In this document: in pieces, positions 28,473 through 38,941 of the stretch | Position numbering within the stretch: position 1 is the first letter of the stretch | Layout of the letters: each line of letters opens with the position of its first letter | Assembly: GCA_015484555.1 (NCBI GenBank) | Contig: WFMZ01000071.1 | Span: 1,078-65,077, forward strand | Length of the DNA: 64,000 nucleotides | Source: Hydrogenovibrio sp. | GTDB lineage: Bacteria; Pseudomonadota; Gammaproteobacteria; Thiomicrospirales; Thiomicrospiraceae | Direction: 5' to 3' | Made by a program: the position numbers and the translations under genes | Notes under the pieces: generated by a model | What the model saw: the letters and a program-made list of their open reading frames with translations, nothing else | What the model was told of the DNA's origin: nothing | Database searches by the model: none

Positions 28473-29366
28473 TTATTTGGCTGAATGACTTAAGCAGTTC
28501 GCCATCGCAGACCCTAAGTCAGCTGGCGATGCCACAATAGTCACACCCGCTGCTTTCAAAGCAGCAAACTTTGCTTCTGCGGTGCCTTTTCCACCACTGA
28601 CAATTGCGCCAGCATGCCCCATGCGTTTACCCGGAGGTGCGGTAACACCGGCAATATAAGCTACAACCGGTTTGGTAACATGTTGTTGAATATATTCAGC
28701 GGCATCTTCTTCTGCCTGCCCACCAATTTCACCCACCAAAATAATGCCTTCTGTCTGGTCATCTTTTTGGAAGAGTTCAAGGCAGTCAATAAAGTTCATA
28801 CCTTGAATAGGGTCGCCACCAATACCAACACAGGTAGATTGCCCTAGCCCATTTTGAGTCGTTTGGTGCACCGCTTCATAGGTGAGTGTACCCGAGCGAG
28901 AAACAATACCCACTTTACCTACCTGGTGAATATGACCTGGCATAATGCCAATTTTACAACCATCTAGGTTATCGCCTGGGGTAATTAACCCTGGGCAGTT
29001 AGGGCCGATTAAATATGCATCAGACTTATCTAAAACCGCTCGTACTTTTAGCATATCGTTAACGGGAATCCCTTCGGTAATACAGGTAATGACTTTAATG
29101 CCAGCGGCAATGGCTTCAATAATTGAATCTGCGGCAAAAGCAGGTGGTACATAAATCATCGAGGCTTCTGCGCCCGCTTGTTCTACTGCTTCTTTCACGG
29201 TGTTAAAAACAGGTAAGCCTAAATGGGTTTGTCCGCCCTTTCCAGGGGTAACGCCACCGACCATTTTAGTGCCATAAGCAATGGCTTGTTCAGAATGGAA
29301 AGAACCTTGTTTACCGGTAAACCCTTGGCAAATTACTTTGGTTTGGTGGTTAATTAAAATACTCAT
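28473..29366 (-). CDS. sucD: succinate--CoA ligase subunit alpha
   Basis: 297 aa. Has [15 protein letters not shown] (active-site His loop) and SRSGTLTYE. Confidence 0.95.
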   Translation of the reverse strand: MSILINHQTKVICQGFTGKQGSFHSEQAIAYGTKMVGGVTPGKGGQTHLGLPVFNTVKEAVEQAGAEASMIYVPPAFAADSIIEAIAAGIKVITCITEGIPVNDMLKVRAVLDKSDAYLIGPNCPGLITPGDNLDGCKIGIMPGHIHQVGKVGIVSRSGTLTYEAVHQTTQNGLGQSTCVGIGGDPIQGMNFIDCLELFQKDDQTEGIILVGEIGGQAEEDAAEYIQQHVTKPVVAYIAGVTAPPGKRMGHAGAIVSGGKGTAEAKFAALKAAGVTIVASPADLGSAMANCLSHSAK

Positions 29367-30541
29367 TAGCTTGTCACTCCTGTTTTAGCGACTTCCACCA
29401 CTTTTTGCGCAGCATCGGCTAAGCCGTCTGCCGTAATAATGCTCACATCTGAATTGGCTAAAATTTCTTTGCCCAATTCAACATTAGTGCCTTCTAAACG
29501 AACTACCACAGGAATGGTTAGCCCGACTTCTTTAACGGCTTGAATAATGCCTTCGGCAATTAAATCACAACGTACAATGCCGCCAAAAATATTCACCAGA
29601 ATAGACTTCACTTCTGATGAAGACAAAATAAGCTTAAAGGCTTCTGCCACACGCTCTGGCGTTGCTCCGCCACCTACATCTAAGAAGTTAGCAGGGTTTC
29701 CCCCATTTAGTTGAATTAAGTCCATGGTTGCCATCGCTAAACCTGCGCCATTTACCATGCAACCAATATCACCTTCTAGCGCAATATAGTTAAGTTGGTT
29801 GTCGGCGGCCTTGGCTTCTCGTTCATCTTCTTGGCTGGCATCGCGCATTTGCACTAACTCAGATTGACGATATAAAGCGTTTGAGTCAATGTTAATTTTG
29901 GCATCTAACGCCACCAAATTATTGTCTTCAGTCACAATCAACGGGTTAATTTCTAGTAACGAAATATCCTTGTCTAGGGCTAGCTGATACAGACCCTTCA
30001 TCACCGTCATCAATTGCTTAAAGGCGGTACCTTTTAAGCCGAGTGCAAAGGCAACTTCGCGCACTTGATAAGGCATTAAGCCTACGGCTAAATCAACATG
30101 TACTGAGAATATTTTTTCAGGCGTTGCTTCTGCTACCGCTTCAATATCCATTCCGCCAGAAGCGGACAAAACAAAGGTATAAGTTTTGGTGATACGATCA
30201 ACCACCAAACTTAGGTAAAGCTCGTCTTGAATGGCTAAGGTTTCTTCAATTAACAAAGAATGAATAGGCAAGGCTTTCCCGGCGGTTTGCACAGTTGCCA
30301 GTGAACTGCCCAACATTTTTTCAGCAACTTCTTTGGCTTCTTCTTTCGAATCAACCAATTTAACACCACCCGCTTTACCGCGTGCGCCTGCGTGAATTTG
30401 AGCTTTGACCACCCAACGTTCAGACGCGACCTCTTCTAAAGCGGCACTAAGCTGTGTCATGCCATTAATCATCTTGCCTTTAGGCGTGGGAATGTTGTAA
30501 GCAGCAAACAATGCTTTTGCTTGATATTCATGTAAGTTCAT
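29366..30541 (-). CDS. sucC: succinate--CoA ligase subunit beta
   Basis: [12 protein letters not shown] start, ATP-grasp domain, [15 protein letters not shown] and [10 protein letters not shown] blocks. Confidence 0.95.
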   Translation of the reverse strand: MNLHEYQAKALFAAYNIPTPKGKMINGMTQLSAALEEVASERWVVKAQIHAGARGKAGGVKLVDSKEEAKEVAEKMLGSSLATVQTAGKALPIHSLLIEETLAIQDELYLSLVVDRITKTYTFVLSASGGMDIEAVAEATPEKIFSVHVDLAVGLMPYQVREVAFALGLKGTAFKQLMTVMKGLYQLALDKDISLLEINPLIVTEDNNLVALDAKINIDSNALYRQSELVQMRDASQEDEREAKAADNQLNYIALEGDIGCMVNGAGLAMATMDLIQLNGGNPANFLDVGGGATPERVAEAFKLILSSSEVKSILVNIFGGIVRCDLIAEGIIQAVKEVGLTIPVVVRLEGTNVELGKEILANSDVSIITADGLADAAQKVVEVAKTGVTS

Positions 30542-30622
30542 TGAAACCCTTTGAAACCTTTTTAAACAGAGACCCTAGCTTGTGCAACGGTCTCTCACTA
30601 TTATTAACGCCTATTTTAGCCC

Positions 30623-30671
30623 AAAAAATCGCCAGGGGTGGGTCTAATATAAGACCACCCCTGGCGATTTT
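30623..30671. terminator. inverted pair of REP-like cores forming a bidirectional intrinsic-terminator-like hairpin
   Basis: AAAAAATCGCCAGGGGTGGGTC, loop TAATATAA, GACCACCCCTGGCGATTTT. The stem is about 19 bp with one bulged G, an A run on the left and a T run on the right. Lies 40 nt downstream of the symporter stop and 82 nt upstream of the sucC start. Confidence 0.65.
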
Positions 30672-30710
30672 AGGGTTTTAAACAGGTTAATCTTACCTTA
30701 AACGATTTGT

Positions 30711-31973
30711 TTAAAAGCGTTTCGTCACTAAAACATCATCTTCGCCTTCTGAACGGGCAATAATCACCGCACCGACCGAGTCGCTAAATACGTTAACCGC
30801 GGTGCGCATCATGTCTAATAATCTGTCGACCACCAATAATAAACCAATGGCTTCGGCTGGCAGCCCAACAGCCACCAAGATAATACTGATGGCGACTAAA
30901 CTGGCTGAAGGAATACCTGCCACGCCAATGGATGTGGTCAATGCAATCACCACAATTAATAACTGTGTGCCAAAGTCTAAGGGTACACCAAACATTTGCG
31001 CAATAAAGACGGCTGCCACACATTCATACAATGCGGTACCATCCATATTCACCGTTGCCCCTAAAGGTAAGACAAAGCTGGTGACTCGGTTGGAAACCCC
31101 AGCTCTATTTTCTAAAGCATTCATGGTTACCGGTAAAGTTGAAGAGGATGAACTGGTTGAAAAAGCGGTTAATAAGGCTGGTGCCATCGCTTGAAAGTGT
31201 AACCAAGGGTTGTCTACTTTTCCCAGTGTTTTTAATAAGATAGGCATCACTACCAACAAGTGAATCCCCAAGGCTAGTACAACGGTTAAGAAAAATAAGG
31301 CTAGGTTGCCAAACTGGTCAAAGCCTGTTTCTGCAATCGAGGTGGCAACCAAACCAAATACACCAATAGGCGCAAACTTCATCACTAGGTTGGTCATCAT
31401 CATCATCACTTCAAATAAGCCATTCCAGAAGTTATGCATGGTGTCTTTTAAATCGCCTTTTAAGCGACCCATAAAAACACCGAACAGAATACTGAAGAAG
31501 ATTAAACCAAGCATTTGCCCTTCGGCCGCTGCGGCAATAATGTTGGTTGGAATCATTCTTAAAAAGACATCAACAATATCACCCGCCGATTTACCCGCAA
31601 CCGCATTGGCAACATGTTCGTTAGCAGCCAAAACAGGAATGCCGTTATCAGAAACACCAGGCTGGATAAGGTTGACCAAAATCAGCCCTATTGTAATGGC
31701 GATGGTACTGGTCAATACATAATAGCCTAGTGTTTTAGTGCCCAGACGACCAAAGCCACCATCGCTGCCTACATTCGCCACACCGGTAATAATGGCCGAA
31801 ACCACCAAAGGCACCACAATCATTTTTAAAGCATTTAAGAACAGGGTACCCATAAAGCTAAAAATAGCCACCCAATGAATGCCCAGCACCATGGTTTCTG
31901 TGCCACTTAATGTGCCTGCAATAGCAGCAAGCAGTAGAGCGATTAATATTTGCCAGTGTAATGCTAACTTCAT
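30711..31973 (-). CDS. dicarboxylate/amino acid:cation symporter (DAACS family)
   Basis: 420 aa, polytopic. Has SSSSSTLPVTM and NMDGTALYE motifs typical of GltP/DctA-type carriers. Confidence 0.85.
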   Translation of the reverse strand: MKLALHWQILIALLLAAIAGTLSGTETMVLGIHWVAIFSFMGTLFLNALKMIVVPLVVSAIITGVANVGSDGGFGRLGTKTLGYYVLTSTIAITIGLILVNLIQPGVSDNGIPVLAANEHVANAVAGKSAGDIVDVFLRMIPTNIIAAAAEGQMLGLIFFSILFGVFMGRLKGDLKDTMHNFWNGLFEVMMMMTNLVMKFAPIGVFGLVATSIAETGFDQFGNLALFFLTVVLALGIHLLVVMPILLKTLGKVDNPWLHFQAMAPALLTAFSTSSSSSTLPVTMNALENRAGVSNRVTSFVLPLGATVNMDGTALYECVAAVFIAQMFGVPLDFGTQLLIVVIALTTSIGVAGIPSASLVAISIILVAVGLPAEAIGLLLVVDRLLDMMRTAVNVFSDSVGAVIIARSEGEDDVLVTKRF

Positions 31974-32038
31974 TTTGTATCCTTAATGAGAGGCTAAACC
32001 TCTTCTTTTAATTTTATATTTGTGACGATTTTTGGGTG

Positions 32039-32063
32039 AAAAAAAAGCGCCCAAAGGCGCCTT
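32039..32063 (-). terminator. Rho-independent terminator after the small rhodanese gene
   Basis: Minus strand reads AAGGCGCC-TTTG-GGCGCTT followed by TTTTTTTT. Confidence 0.6.
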
Positions 32064-32086
32064 CTAATTTGCATAGCAAATAAACA

Positions 32087-32365
32087 CTATGACCAAGACT
32101 GATATGAGCCCATATTATAGACTTCATTAAAACCCAATGACATGAGAATTTGCATTGCCATCTGTGAACGTTGTCCAGAACGACAAAAAACAACGACAGG
32201 CTTAGTTTTGTCTAGCTGACTACAGCCTGTTTCAATTTCCTGCAAAGGCAAGTGAATCGCCCCCGGAATTTGACAGACTTGAACTTCACCCAGGGTTCTT
32301 ACATCTACTAGCTGAGCGTTTTTATCTTTTATCATTGCTTTCACATCATCACATGTAATAAACAT
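32087..32365 (-). CDS. single-domain rhodanese (sulfurtransferase)
   Basis: 92 aa with active-site loop CRSGQRS. Confidence 0.8.
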   Translation of the reverse strand: MFITCDDVKAMIKDKNAQLVDVRTLGEVQVCQIPGAIHLPLQEIETGCSQLDKTKPVVVFCRSGQRSQMAMQILMSLGFNEVYNMGSYQSWS

Positions 32366-32417
32366 TTTCTTACTCCATCATATCAATTTTTTATAAATTT
32401 TTAGTTTTTAACTGGGA

Positions 32418-32921
32418 TTATGCCAGGAAAGTGTTGGCTAACCAAATGACTATTAAGGCGTAGATTCCCGCCATAATATCATCAATCATAATGCCAAACC
32501 CACCCGGTATTTTTTGGTCTGCTAAGTTAATTGGCCAAGGCTTTAAAACATCGAAAAATCGAAAGCTAACAAAAGCTGCTAGCCAGTAAACCCAGGTTTG
32601 CTCGGGTAACAAAAGTAATACCAACCAAATGCCTACAAACTCATCCCAAACAATACCGCCATGATCATGTACTTGCATCATCTCGGCTGACTGTCCGCAA
32701 ATATAGCTACCAAATACAAGGCTGACTATAAATAAGCTCCAGGCCAAGCTTTCTTGCCACAACAGCAAAGGCACAAACAATAACAAACCTAGCAAGGTAC
32801 CAAACGTACCCGGTGCTTTAGGTGCCAAACCCGACCCAAAACCAAACCCTAGCATTAACACAGGGGTTTTTAACAAGGTTTTGAAGCTAGGTAGGCTGAC
32901 CTTACTCTTATGCCCCATCAA
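32418..32921 (-). CDS. pgpA: phosphatidylglycerophosphatase A
   Basis: 167 aa. GFGFGSGLAPKAPGTFGTL and FRFFDVLKPWPI blocks. Confidence 0.85.
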   Translation of the reverse strand: MMGHKSKVSLPSFKTLLKTPVLMLGFGFGSGLAPKAPGTFGTLLGLLLFVPLLLWQESLAWSLFIVSLVFGSYICGQSAEMMQVHDHGGIVWDEFVGIWLVLLLLPEQTWVYWLAAFVSFRFFDVLKPWPINLADQKIPGGFGIMIDDIMAGIYALIVIWLANTFLA

Positions 32922-32924
32922 AAA

Positions 32925-34136
32925 TTACTTGCGCTTTTTAGCCGCGATACGTAAACGTAATGCATTTAGCTTAATAAAGCCTTCTGCATCTTTATGATTA
33001 TAAGCACCATCATCTTCATCAAAGGTTGCGATTTCTTCATCAAACAAACTCACATCAGAGGAACGACCCACGATCACGACGTTACCTTTATAAAGTTTCA
33101 AACGAACGCTTCCTGTCACAAATTCTTGCGACTGATCAATTAATGTCTGTAACATTTCACGCTCTGGACTAAACCAAAAACCGTTATAAATCATTTCTGC
33201 GTAACGAGGCATTAAGTCATCTTTTAGATGCGCTGCATTTCTGTCTAGCGTTAAAGATTCCATCGCTCGGTGAGCTTTCAGCATAATGGTTCCTGCTGGT
33301 GTTTCATAACAACCACGCGCCTTCATGCCAACAAAACGGTTCTCAACAATATCATCACGCCCAACACCATTTTCGCCACCGACTTTGTTTAGATATTCCA
33401 TCACAGTTGCGGCACTCATGGCTTCACCATTAATAGAAACAATGTCACCCTTTTCATAACCAATATCTAAATAAGTCGGTTCATCAGGTGCATTTTCGGG
33501 AGAAACCGTCCACATCCACATATCTTCTTCAGGCTCATTTGCAGGATCTTCAATCACACCGCCTTCATAAGAAATGTGTAGTAAGTTAGCATCCATTGAA
33601 TAAGGCGATTTCTTGCCTTTTTTCTTATTATCAATCGCAATATCATGCTCTTCAGCATAGGCCATTAGCTTTTCACGAGATAATAAATCCCACTCACGCC
33701 AAGGAGCAATAACTTTAACGTCTGGCATTAAAGCGTAGGCAGCCAGTTCAAAACGAACCTGGTCATTTCCTTTACCGGTTGCACCGTGAGCAATGGCATC
33801 TGCACCGACTTCTTTCGCTATTTCAACTAAACGCTTTGAAATTAATGGGCGGGCAATTGAAGTTCCTAAACGATATTCACCTTCGTAAATAGCGTTAGCA
33901 CGCATCATAGGGAACACGAAATCTTTTGCAAACTCTTCTCTTAAGTCTTCAATGTAGATTTCTTTAATCCCCATTGCTTCGGCTTTCGCACGTGCTGGCT
34001 CGACTTCTTCACCCTGGCCAATATCAGCGGTAAAAGTTACCACTTCACAGCCATATTCATCGGTTAGCCACTTGGCAATAATTGAAGTATCTAATCCGCC
34101 TGAATAGGCCAAAACTACCTTGTTAACTTGAGACAT
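32925..34136 (-). CDS. argG: argininosuccinate synthase
   Basis: [13 protein letters not shown]-loop, [13 protein letters not shown] and a typical type I length of 403 aa. Confidence 0.95.
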   Translation of the reverse strand: MSQVNKVVLAYSGGLDTSIIAKWLTDEYGCEVVTFTADIGQGEEVEPARAKAEAMGIKEIYIEDLREEFAKDFVFPMMRANAIYEGEYRLGTSIARPLISKRLVEIAKEVGADAIAHGATGKGNDQVRFELAAYALMPDVKVIAPWREWDLLSREKLMAYAEEHDIAIDNKKKGKKSPYSMDANLLHISYEGGVIEDPANEPEEDMWMWTVSPENAPDEPTYLDIGYEKGDIVSINGEAMSAATVMEYLNKVGGENGVGRDDIVENRFVGMKARGCYETPAGTIMLKAHRAMESLTLDRNAAHLKDDLMPRYAEMIYNGFWFSPEREMLQTLIDQSQEFVTGSVRLKLYKGNVVIVGRSSDVSLFDEEIATFDEDDGAYNHKDAEGFIKLNALRLRIAAKKRK

Positions 34137-34224
34137 AATGCTCCCCTATAAATCTAAATGTTTTAATCGCGCGAATTATACATTAAAATGCCCTTCTTAT
34201 CAGCTGTTTATCGCGAGTAAATAC

Positions 34225-35169
34225 ATGAGTTTTATCGATTATTTAAAGGTTTCACCCCAATACATTCTTCCTAAGCAGTTACTTTCAACCGCCATGCACT
34301 GGTTTATGCAAATAGAACAGCCTTGGGTAAAAAATACCACCACCAAGTTAATGATTAAAGCTTTTAAAATTGAGGTATCTGAAGCTGAAAATGAAGATAT
34401 TGAATCTTACCCGCATTTTAATGCCTTTTTTACCCGTGCGTTAAAGCCTGAAGCCCGCCCTATTGATGCGACAAAAGGGGCTTGGTGTAGCCCTGCAGAT
34501 GGTTTGGTTAGCCAGTCTCAGCCTATTGATGGTAACAAAATGATTCAAGCAAAATGCCATGAATACACCACCGAAGCTTTGGTGGGCGGAGATATTCAAT
34601 ATGCTGACACGTTTAAAAATGGCGATTCTGCGGTTATTTATTTATCCCCTAAAGATTACCACCGTATTCATTGCCCAACCGATGCCCAATTAATTTCCAT
34701 GACCTATGTGCCAGGTGACTTATTTGCCGTTAATCCTTCAACCGTTCGTGTGGTTGAAGGGTTATTTGCACGCAATGAAAGGCTAGTGATTCACTTTAAA
34801 AATGACCAAGGCCCTTTCTGCTTAATCATGGTCGGGGCTATTTTTGTCGGCAGCATGGAAACCGTTTGGGAAGGTAAAATAACCCCGAAGTATCAGCCTG
34901 TTATTAAACACTGGGATTATTCAGATAAAGGTTTAACATTTACAAAAGGTCAAGAAATTGGCCGTTTCAATATGGGGTCAACCGTGGTGTTACTAACGCC
35001 TAAAAATACCTTATCTGAATTAGGGCAAATTTCTAAAAATACTCCTGTTAGAATGGGAGAACTTTTAGCATCCTACAATAATAGTGGTGATGAAAATAAT
35101 CATTCAGAATATACTGAAGAAGAGGAATACAAACATGAAGATGATTACCGCAATAATCAAACCTTTTAA
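34225..35169 (+). CDS. psd: phosphatidylserine decarboxylase proenzyme
   Basis: The start is moved to ATG 34225 (MSFIDYLKV..). The track start at 34138 abuts the argG start codon on the other strand. Self-cleavage motif FNMGSTVV, with an acidic C-terminal tail. Confidence 0.9.
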   Translation: MSFIDYLKVSPQYILPKQLLSTAMHWFMQIEQPWVKNTTTKLMIKAFKIEVSEAENEDIESYPHFNAFFTRALKPEARPIDATKGAWCSPADGLVSQSQPIDGNKMIQAKCHEYTTEALVGGDIQYADTFKNGDSAVIYLSPKDYHRIHCPTDAQLISMTYVPGDLFAVNPSTVRVVEGLFARNERLVIHFKNDQGPFCLIMVGAIFVGSMETVWEGKITPKYQPVIKHWDYSDKGLTFTKGQEIGRFNMGSTVVLLTPKNTLSELGQISKNTPVRMGELLASYNNSGDENNHSEYTEEEEYKHEDDYRNNQTF

Positions 35170-35473
35170 GCTAGATGATGTACGTGAAGCCTTACATGAA
35201 ATGGGTGTAAATGGCATTACTACGACAGATGTAAAAGGTTACGGTCGACAAAAAGGACACACGGAAATGTACCGTGGAGCAGAATATGTTGTCGAGTTTT
35301 TACCTAAAATTAAAATGGAAATTGCCGCTGAAGAAGCTCAGGTAGCGTCCATTATTGAAACCATTATCCAGTCGGCACAAACTGGAAAAATTGGCGATGG
35401 CAAAATATTTATTAGCCCAATCGAGCAAACTATTCGTATTCGTACGGCAGAAACCGGTACTGAAGCTTTATAA
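35135..35473 (+). CDS. glnB: nitrogen regulatory protein P-II
   Basis: 112 aa from [21 protein letters not shown]-loop [17 protein letters not shown] with the uridylylatable Tyr. GAGGAA lies 7-13 nt upstream. No adjacent amtB, hence glnB rather than glnK. Confidence 0.9.
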   Translation: MKMITAIIKPFKLDDVREALHEMGVNGITTTDVKGYGRQKGHTEMYRGAEYVVEFLPKIKMEIAAEEAQVASIIETIIQSAQTGKIGDGKIFISPIEQTIRIRTAETGTEAL

Positions 35474-35502
35474 GACTTCAAAAATAGAAAGCAGCAAAAC
35501 TT

Positions 35503-35532
35503 AAAAAACCTCTTCTTATTAGAGGTTTTTTT
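35503..35532. terminator. bidirectional intrinsic terminator between glnB and the convergent unknown gene
   Basis: AAAAAACCTCT-tcttatt-AGAGGTTTTTTT. Short GC-poor stem flanked by A6 and T7. Confidence 0.55.
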
Positions 35533-36355
35533 ATGCCCAGCAAAAAGCTGACACACTGTGAACCTGTTTAAGCCCGATTCCTGATTCTTTAAAGGGCAAC
35601 ATTTCCCATTCCCACTCTGTTGACCAAGCTAAGTTGTCGATTGGTAATGAAACACCCCAACCAGGATCATGGCAATCCACTAACTTCTGTTGACGGTCAT
35701 ATTCTGAAATAGACTGGTCAGCAATTAAACACTTCACCCCATCAACCTCTGTTAACAAGCTTAAATGTTGCTGTACCAACAGCTCAGCCAAATCTGCAAG
35801 CTGTTCAGGGCTGGTTTCTGACCTAGCCGCACACTTCACCACAGGCATTAGAGGGATTTGGGTCACTAAGTTTAAAGAGACAATACAATCGATAGTATCA
35901 ACCACTACTTTAGTTCCTAACAAGGTTGCTAACTTCGGCGGACAGTCGATAAGATGTTGAATATAATCTTTTGCTGACCTTGTCTGTAACAAGGCTGGTA
36001 AGCTATTAGAAACATCTATTTCTAATAGGGACACATTTGAATAAGGCTTGGCACGTTTTCTGGCTGATTTTAAAAAAAGTAAATCAACCAAGAGCACTTT
36101 TTTAAAAGATTCAGACAATGCCTTTAAAGGAATATCTCGCAAGGAACCCGCCCCTAAAATAAGCAAGGTATTTTGTTGGGTCGCTTCAGAAGCTGCTTTT
36201 AAAATAACTTGTTGGCATTGCTGGTAGTGTGGATCCCAACTTTTTTGACAACGCTGATAACGAGCTTCCATACCAATGGATTCATTTAAAAAACCTAACT
36301 TTTTAACCACAGGATTAGCAGGTGTGGTCAATGACTGAATAAGTTCCCAAATCAA
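35531..36355 (-). CDS. hypothetical protein, possible Rossmann-fold (methyltransferase-like)
   Basis: 274 aa. LLILGAGSLRD resembles a GxGxG nucleotide/SAM loop. Lies 58 nt downstream of ntrC on the same strand. No family recognised. Confidence 0.45.
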   Translation of the reverse strand: MIWELIQSLTTPANPVVKKLGFLNESIGMEARYQRCQKSWDPHYQQCQQVILKAASEATQQNTLLILGAGSLRDIPLKALSESFKKVLLVDLLFLKSARKRAKPYSNVSLLEIDVSNSLPALLQTRSAKDYIQHLIDCPPKLATLLGTKVVVDTIDCIVSLNLVTQIPLMPVVKCAARSETSPEQLADLAELLVQQHLSLLTEVDGVKCLIADQSISEYDRQQKLVDCHDPGWGVSLPIDNLAWSTEWEWEMLPFKESGIGLKQVHSVSAFCWA

Positions 36356-36413
36356 AGTAAAGCCTTCAATAGTTTAGCCAACCACTCATTAACACTTAAC
36401 ATCATCAATACAC

Positions 36414-37853
36414 TTATAAGTCTAAGTTTTGTGTTTTTCGAGTGAGCGTATTACGACCCCAACCTAGTAATTTAGCGGCTTTTTGACGGTGGTTTAAACT
36501 AGATTTCATGGCTGACTCGATCAGTACTCTTTCAAACAAAGGTTCTGCCGCTGTATGCAACCCTTCCTTTCCTGATTGTAAGTAAGTGTCAGCCCATTTT
36601 TGCAAACTTGCTTGCCAGTCGTCTCCAACAGGTGTATTGTCTCCGCTATAAATAGCTTGAGTGTTATTTTGAAGGTCTAATGGCATATCTTCTAAAGACA
36701 CCGTTTTCCCTGGTGCCATAATGGTTACCCAGGTACAGAGGCTACGAATTTGTCTAACATTACCAGGCCAAGGTAGGTTGACTAAATATTTTTCAACTTC
36801 TTTACTCAGCACTTTTTCTTCTAAGTTATATTGCTTCGCTTCTTCCGATAAATAGTATTGAATGATTGGAATAATATCTTCTTGTCGATCTCTTAAGGCA
36901 GGCACTTCGATGCGAATAACATTTAAACGGAAAAGCAAATCTTCACGAAACAACCCTTTCTTAACCATTTCTGGCATATTTTGATGGGTTGCCGCAATAA
37001 TTCTGACGTCTGTTTTAATAGGTGACTTTCCGCCTACTCGATAAAAGCTACCGTCGTTCAGCACGCGTAATAAGCGGGTTTGTAAATCGACAGGCATATC
37101 CCCAATTTCATCTAAAAAGAGCGTACCGCCATTGGCCTCTTCAAAACGGCCTATACGTTTGCTAAGTGCCCCCGTAAAAGCCCCTTTTTCATGGCCGAAT
37201 AATTCAGTTTCCAATAGGTCACGAGGAATAGCGGCGGTATTAATAGCCACAAAAGGTTCATTAGATCGACTGCTTAGTTCATACAAAGCACGGGCAACTA
37301 GCTCTTTACCCGTTCCTGTTTCACCATTAATTAGTACCGTCACATCCAAGGGGGAAACACGCCCTAATACACGAAATACTTCTTGCATGGCTGGTGCTGA
37401 ACCAATAATATTCAAAGGTTGTTTATTGGGTTTGTTCTGACGGCGAACCTTACCACCCGACAACTGTTTTTTAATGGCTCGATCAATAACGGCCAAGGCA
37501 TCATCTATTTCAAAAGGCTTGGGCAGGTAATCAAACGCACTACTTTGTATCGACTTGACCGCGGTACTTAGGTCGGCATGAGCAGTCATCAGAATAAACG
37601 GAATGGTTTTATCAAAATCATGTACAACGTCCATAAATTCCAAGCCAGTCATCTCTGGCATACGCACATCTGAAATAATGACATTTGGTCGAAAGTTTTC
37701 TAGCTTTTTGCTTGCCTCTAATGCCGATTCAAACACATGAACTTCATAAGGCTTTTCTGCTAAAGATTCATTGAGAACCCAACGAATAGAGGCATCATCA
37801 TCGACTATCCACACGACAGGATCATTCGTATATTCAACTGTTTTTGTCGTCAT
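36414..37853 (-). CDS. glnG: nitrogen regulation response regulator NtrC (sigma54-dependent activator)
   Basis: Receiver domain (VWIVDDD..SDVRMPEMTG), AAA+ domain (GETGTGKELVA, GAFTGA, ESELFGHEKGAFTG-type block) and C-terminal HTH AAKLLGWGRNTLTRK. Confidence 0.9.
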   Translation of the reverse strand: MTTKTVEYTNDPVVWIVDDDASIRWVLNESLAEKPYEVHVFESALEASKKLENFRPNVIISDVRMPEMTGLEFMDVVHDFDKTIPFILMTAHADLSTAVKSIQSSAFDYLPKPFEIDDALAVIDRAIKKQLSGGKVRRQNKPNKQPLNIIGSAPAMQEVFRVLGRVSPLDVTVLINGETGTGKELVARALYELSSRSNEPFVAINTAAIPRDLLETELFGHEKGAFTGALSKRIGRFEEANGGTLFLDEIGDMPVDLQTRLLRVLNDGSFYRVGGKSPIKTDVRIIAATHQNMPEMVKKGLFREDLLFRLNVIRIEVPALRDRQEDIIPIIQYYLSEEAKQYNLEEKVLSKEVEKYLVNLPWPGNVRQIRSLCTWVTIMAPGKTVSLEDMPLDLQNNTQAIYSGDNTPVGDDWQASLQKWADTYLQSGKEGLHTAAEPLFERVLIESAMKSSLNHRQKAAKLLGWGRNTLTRKTQNLDL

Positions 37854-38941
37854 GATAATTCCTGGCTATGTCGGTTATGGTCAAAAGGTAAATAAATATT
37901 AAAGCAAGTATGCCCTGGTTCACTCTCGGCAACAATTAAGCCACCATGATCTCTTACAATATTTTGAGCAACAGATAACCCTAATCCCGTCCCTTCTTTT
38001 TTAGAGGTCACCATAGGAAAGAAAATAGACTCTACCAGTTCGACAGGAATGCCTTCCCCTTCATCAATAATGCTTAATACCGCAATCAATGGGTAGGTTT
38101 TGGTACCGAGGGTAAATTTAGATTCTACGCGAGAGCGAATGGTCAATAAACCACCATGAAGACTCATTGCTTGAATAGCATTTTTCACCAAGTTTAAAAC
38201 CGCTTGAACCATCGAGCTAAAGTCCATCGACACATCTGGAATACTGGGATCAAAATCTATCTTAATTGAGATATTGCCCGGTTTTTCAGGCTCTATTAAT
38301 TCTAAAACATAGGCAAATATTTCATGAATATTATGGCTTTCTTTATCTGCTTTTTGCTTAGGCCCGAGCATTCTATCCACCAAGTTTGTCAAGCGACTCA
38401 CTTCGTCAGAAATAATTTCTAAAAACTTATCTGCTTTCAAATTATCAGGAAAACGCTTACGTAATAGCTGCGCTGCACCATAAATCCCCGCCAAAGGGTT
38501 TTTAATTTCATGCGCCAAGGTTTTAACCAGCAAATTGCCCGCCTCATACTGGTGCCAACGCTCATCTTCTTCCACAATTCGATGATGGCGTTCTGTGTTA
38601 TACATTTCAATTAACCAGCCATCCTCACCATCCATTTCATAAAAAGAAATGGTGCAGGTAACATGAATTTTAATGGCATCTGGCAAGCGAATTTCATATT
38701 CATGAATGGTAATTCTACCGGTACCACAATGATGAATTTCATTTAATAGTTTAGGCAAAATATAGCGCCAATTCACGCCTAACACTCGGTGTGAACTTAG
38801 CTGTAAAAGCTCTGATGCCGCCAAGTTAATAAAGCCGATATTTTCAAACTTATCTAACCAAATGATAGCTGTGGTCAACCCTGATAATATTTCAGGTTGG
38901 GAAATCTCTTGAACAGGCATTCCATGCGCGGCATTAAACAT
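37850..38941 (-). CDS. glnL: nitrogen regulation sensor histidine kinase NtrB
   Basis: PAS-like N-terminus, H-box LAHEIKNPLAGIYGAAQLL and ATPase blocks (NLVKNAIQA, DEGEGIP, GTGLGLSVAQ). Its stop overlaps the ntrC start by 4 nt. Confidence 0.85.
   Translation of the reverse strand: MFNAAHGMPVQEISQPEILSGLTTAIIWLDKFENIGFINLAASELLQLSSHRVLGVNWRYILPKLLNEIHHCGTGRITIHEYEIRLPDAIKIHVTCTISFYEMDGEDGWLIEMYNTERHHRIVEEDERWHQYEAGNLLVKTLAHEIKNPLAGIYGAAQLLRKRFPDNLKADKFLEIISDEVSRLTNLVDRMLGPKQKADKESHNIHEIFAYVLELIEPEKPGNISIKIDFDPSIPDVSMDFSSMVQAVLNLVKNAIQAMSLHGGLLTIRSRVESKFTLGTKTYPLIAVLSIIDEGEGIPVELVESIFFPMVTSKKEGTGLGLSVAQNIVRDHGGLIVAESEPGHTCFNIYLPFDHNRHSQELS

Noticed and set aside
34138-34224. Long N-terminal extension of psd (track start 34138)
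   Set aside because: It would start 1-2 nt from the divergent argG start codon, leaving no promoter or RBS space. The homologous Psd N-terminus begins at MSFIDYLK (34225).
34137-34224. ArgR (ARG box) operator in the argG/psd divergent region
   Set aside because: Only a loose TTTTAAT-N14-ATTAAAA inverted repeat and a GAAT..ATT fragment are present. The match to TNTGAATWWWWATTCANW is too poor.
35084-35134. 17-codon N-terminal extension of glnB
   Set aside because: P-II proteins are 112 aa and begin M-K-x-I-x-A-I-I-K-P-F-K. The extension lies inside psd with no support.
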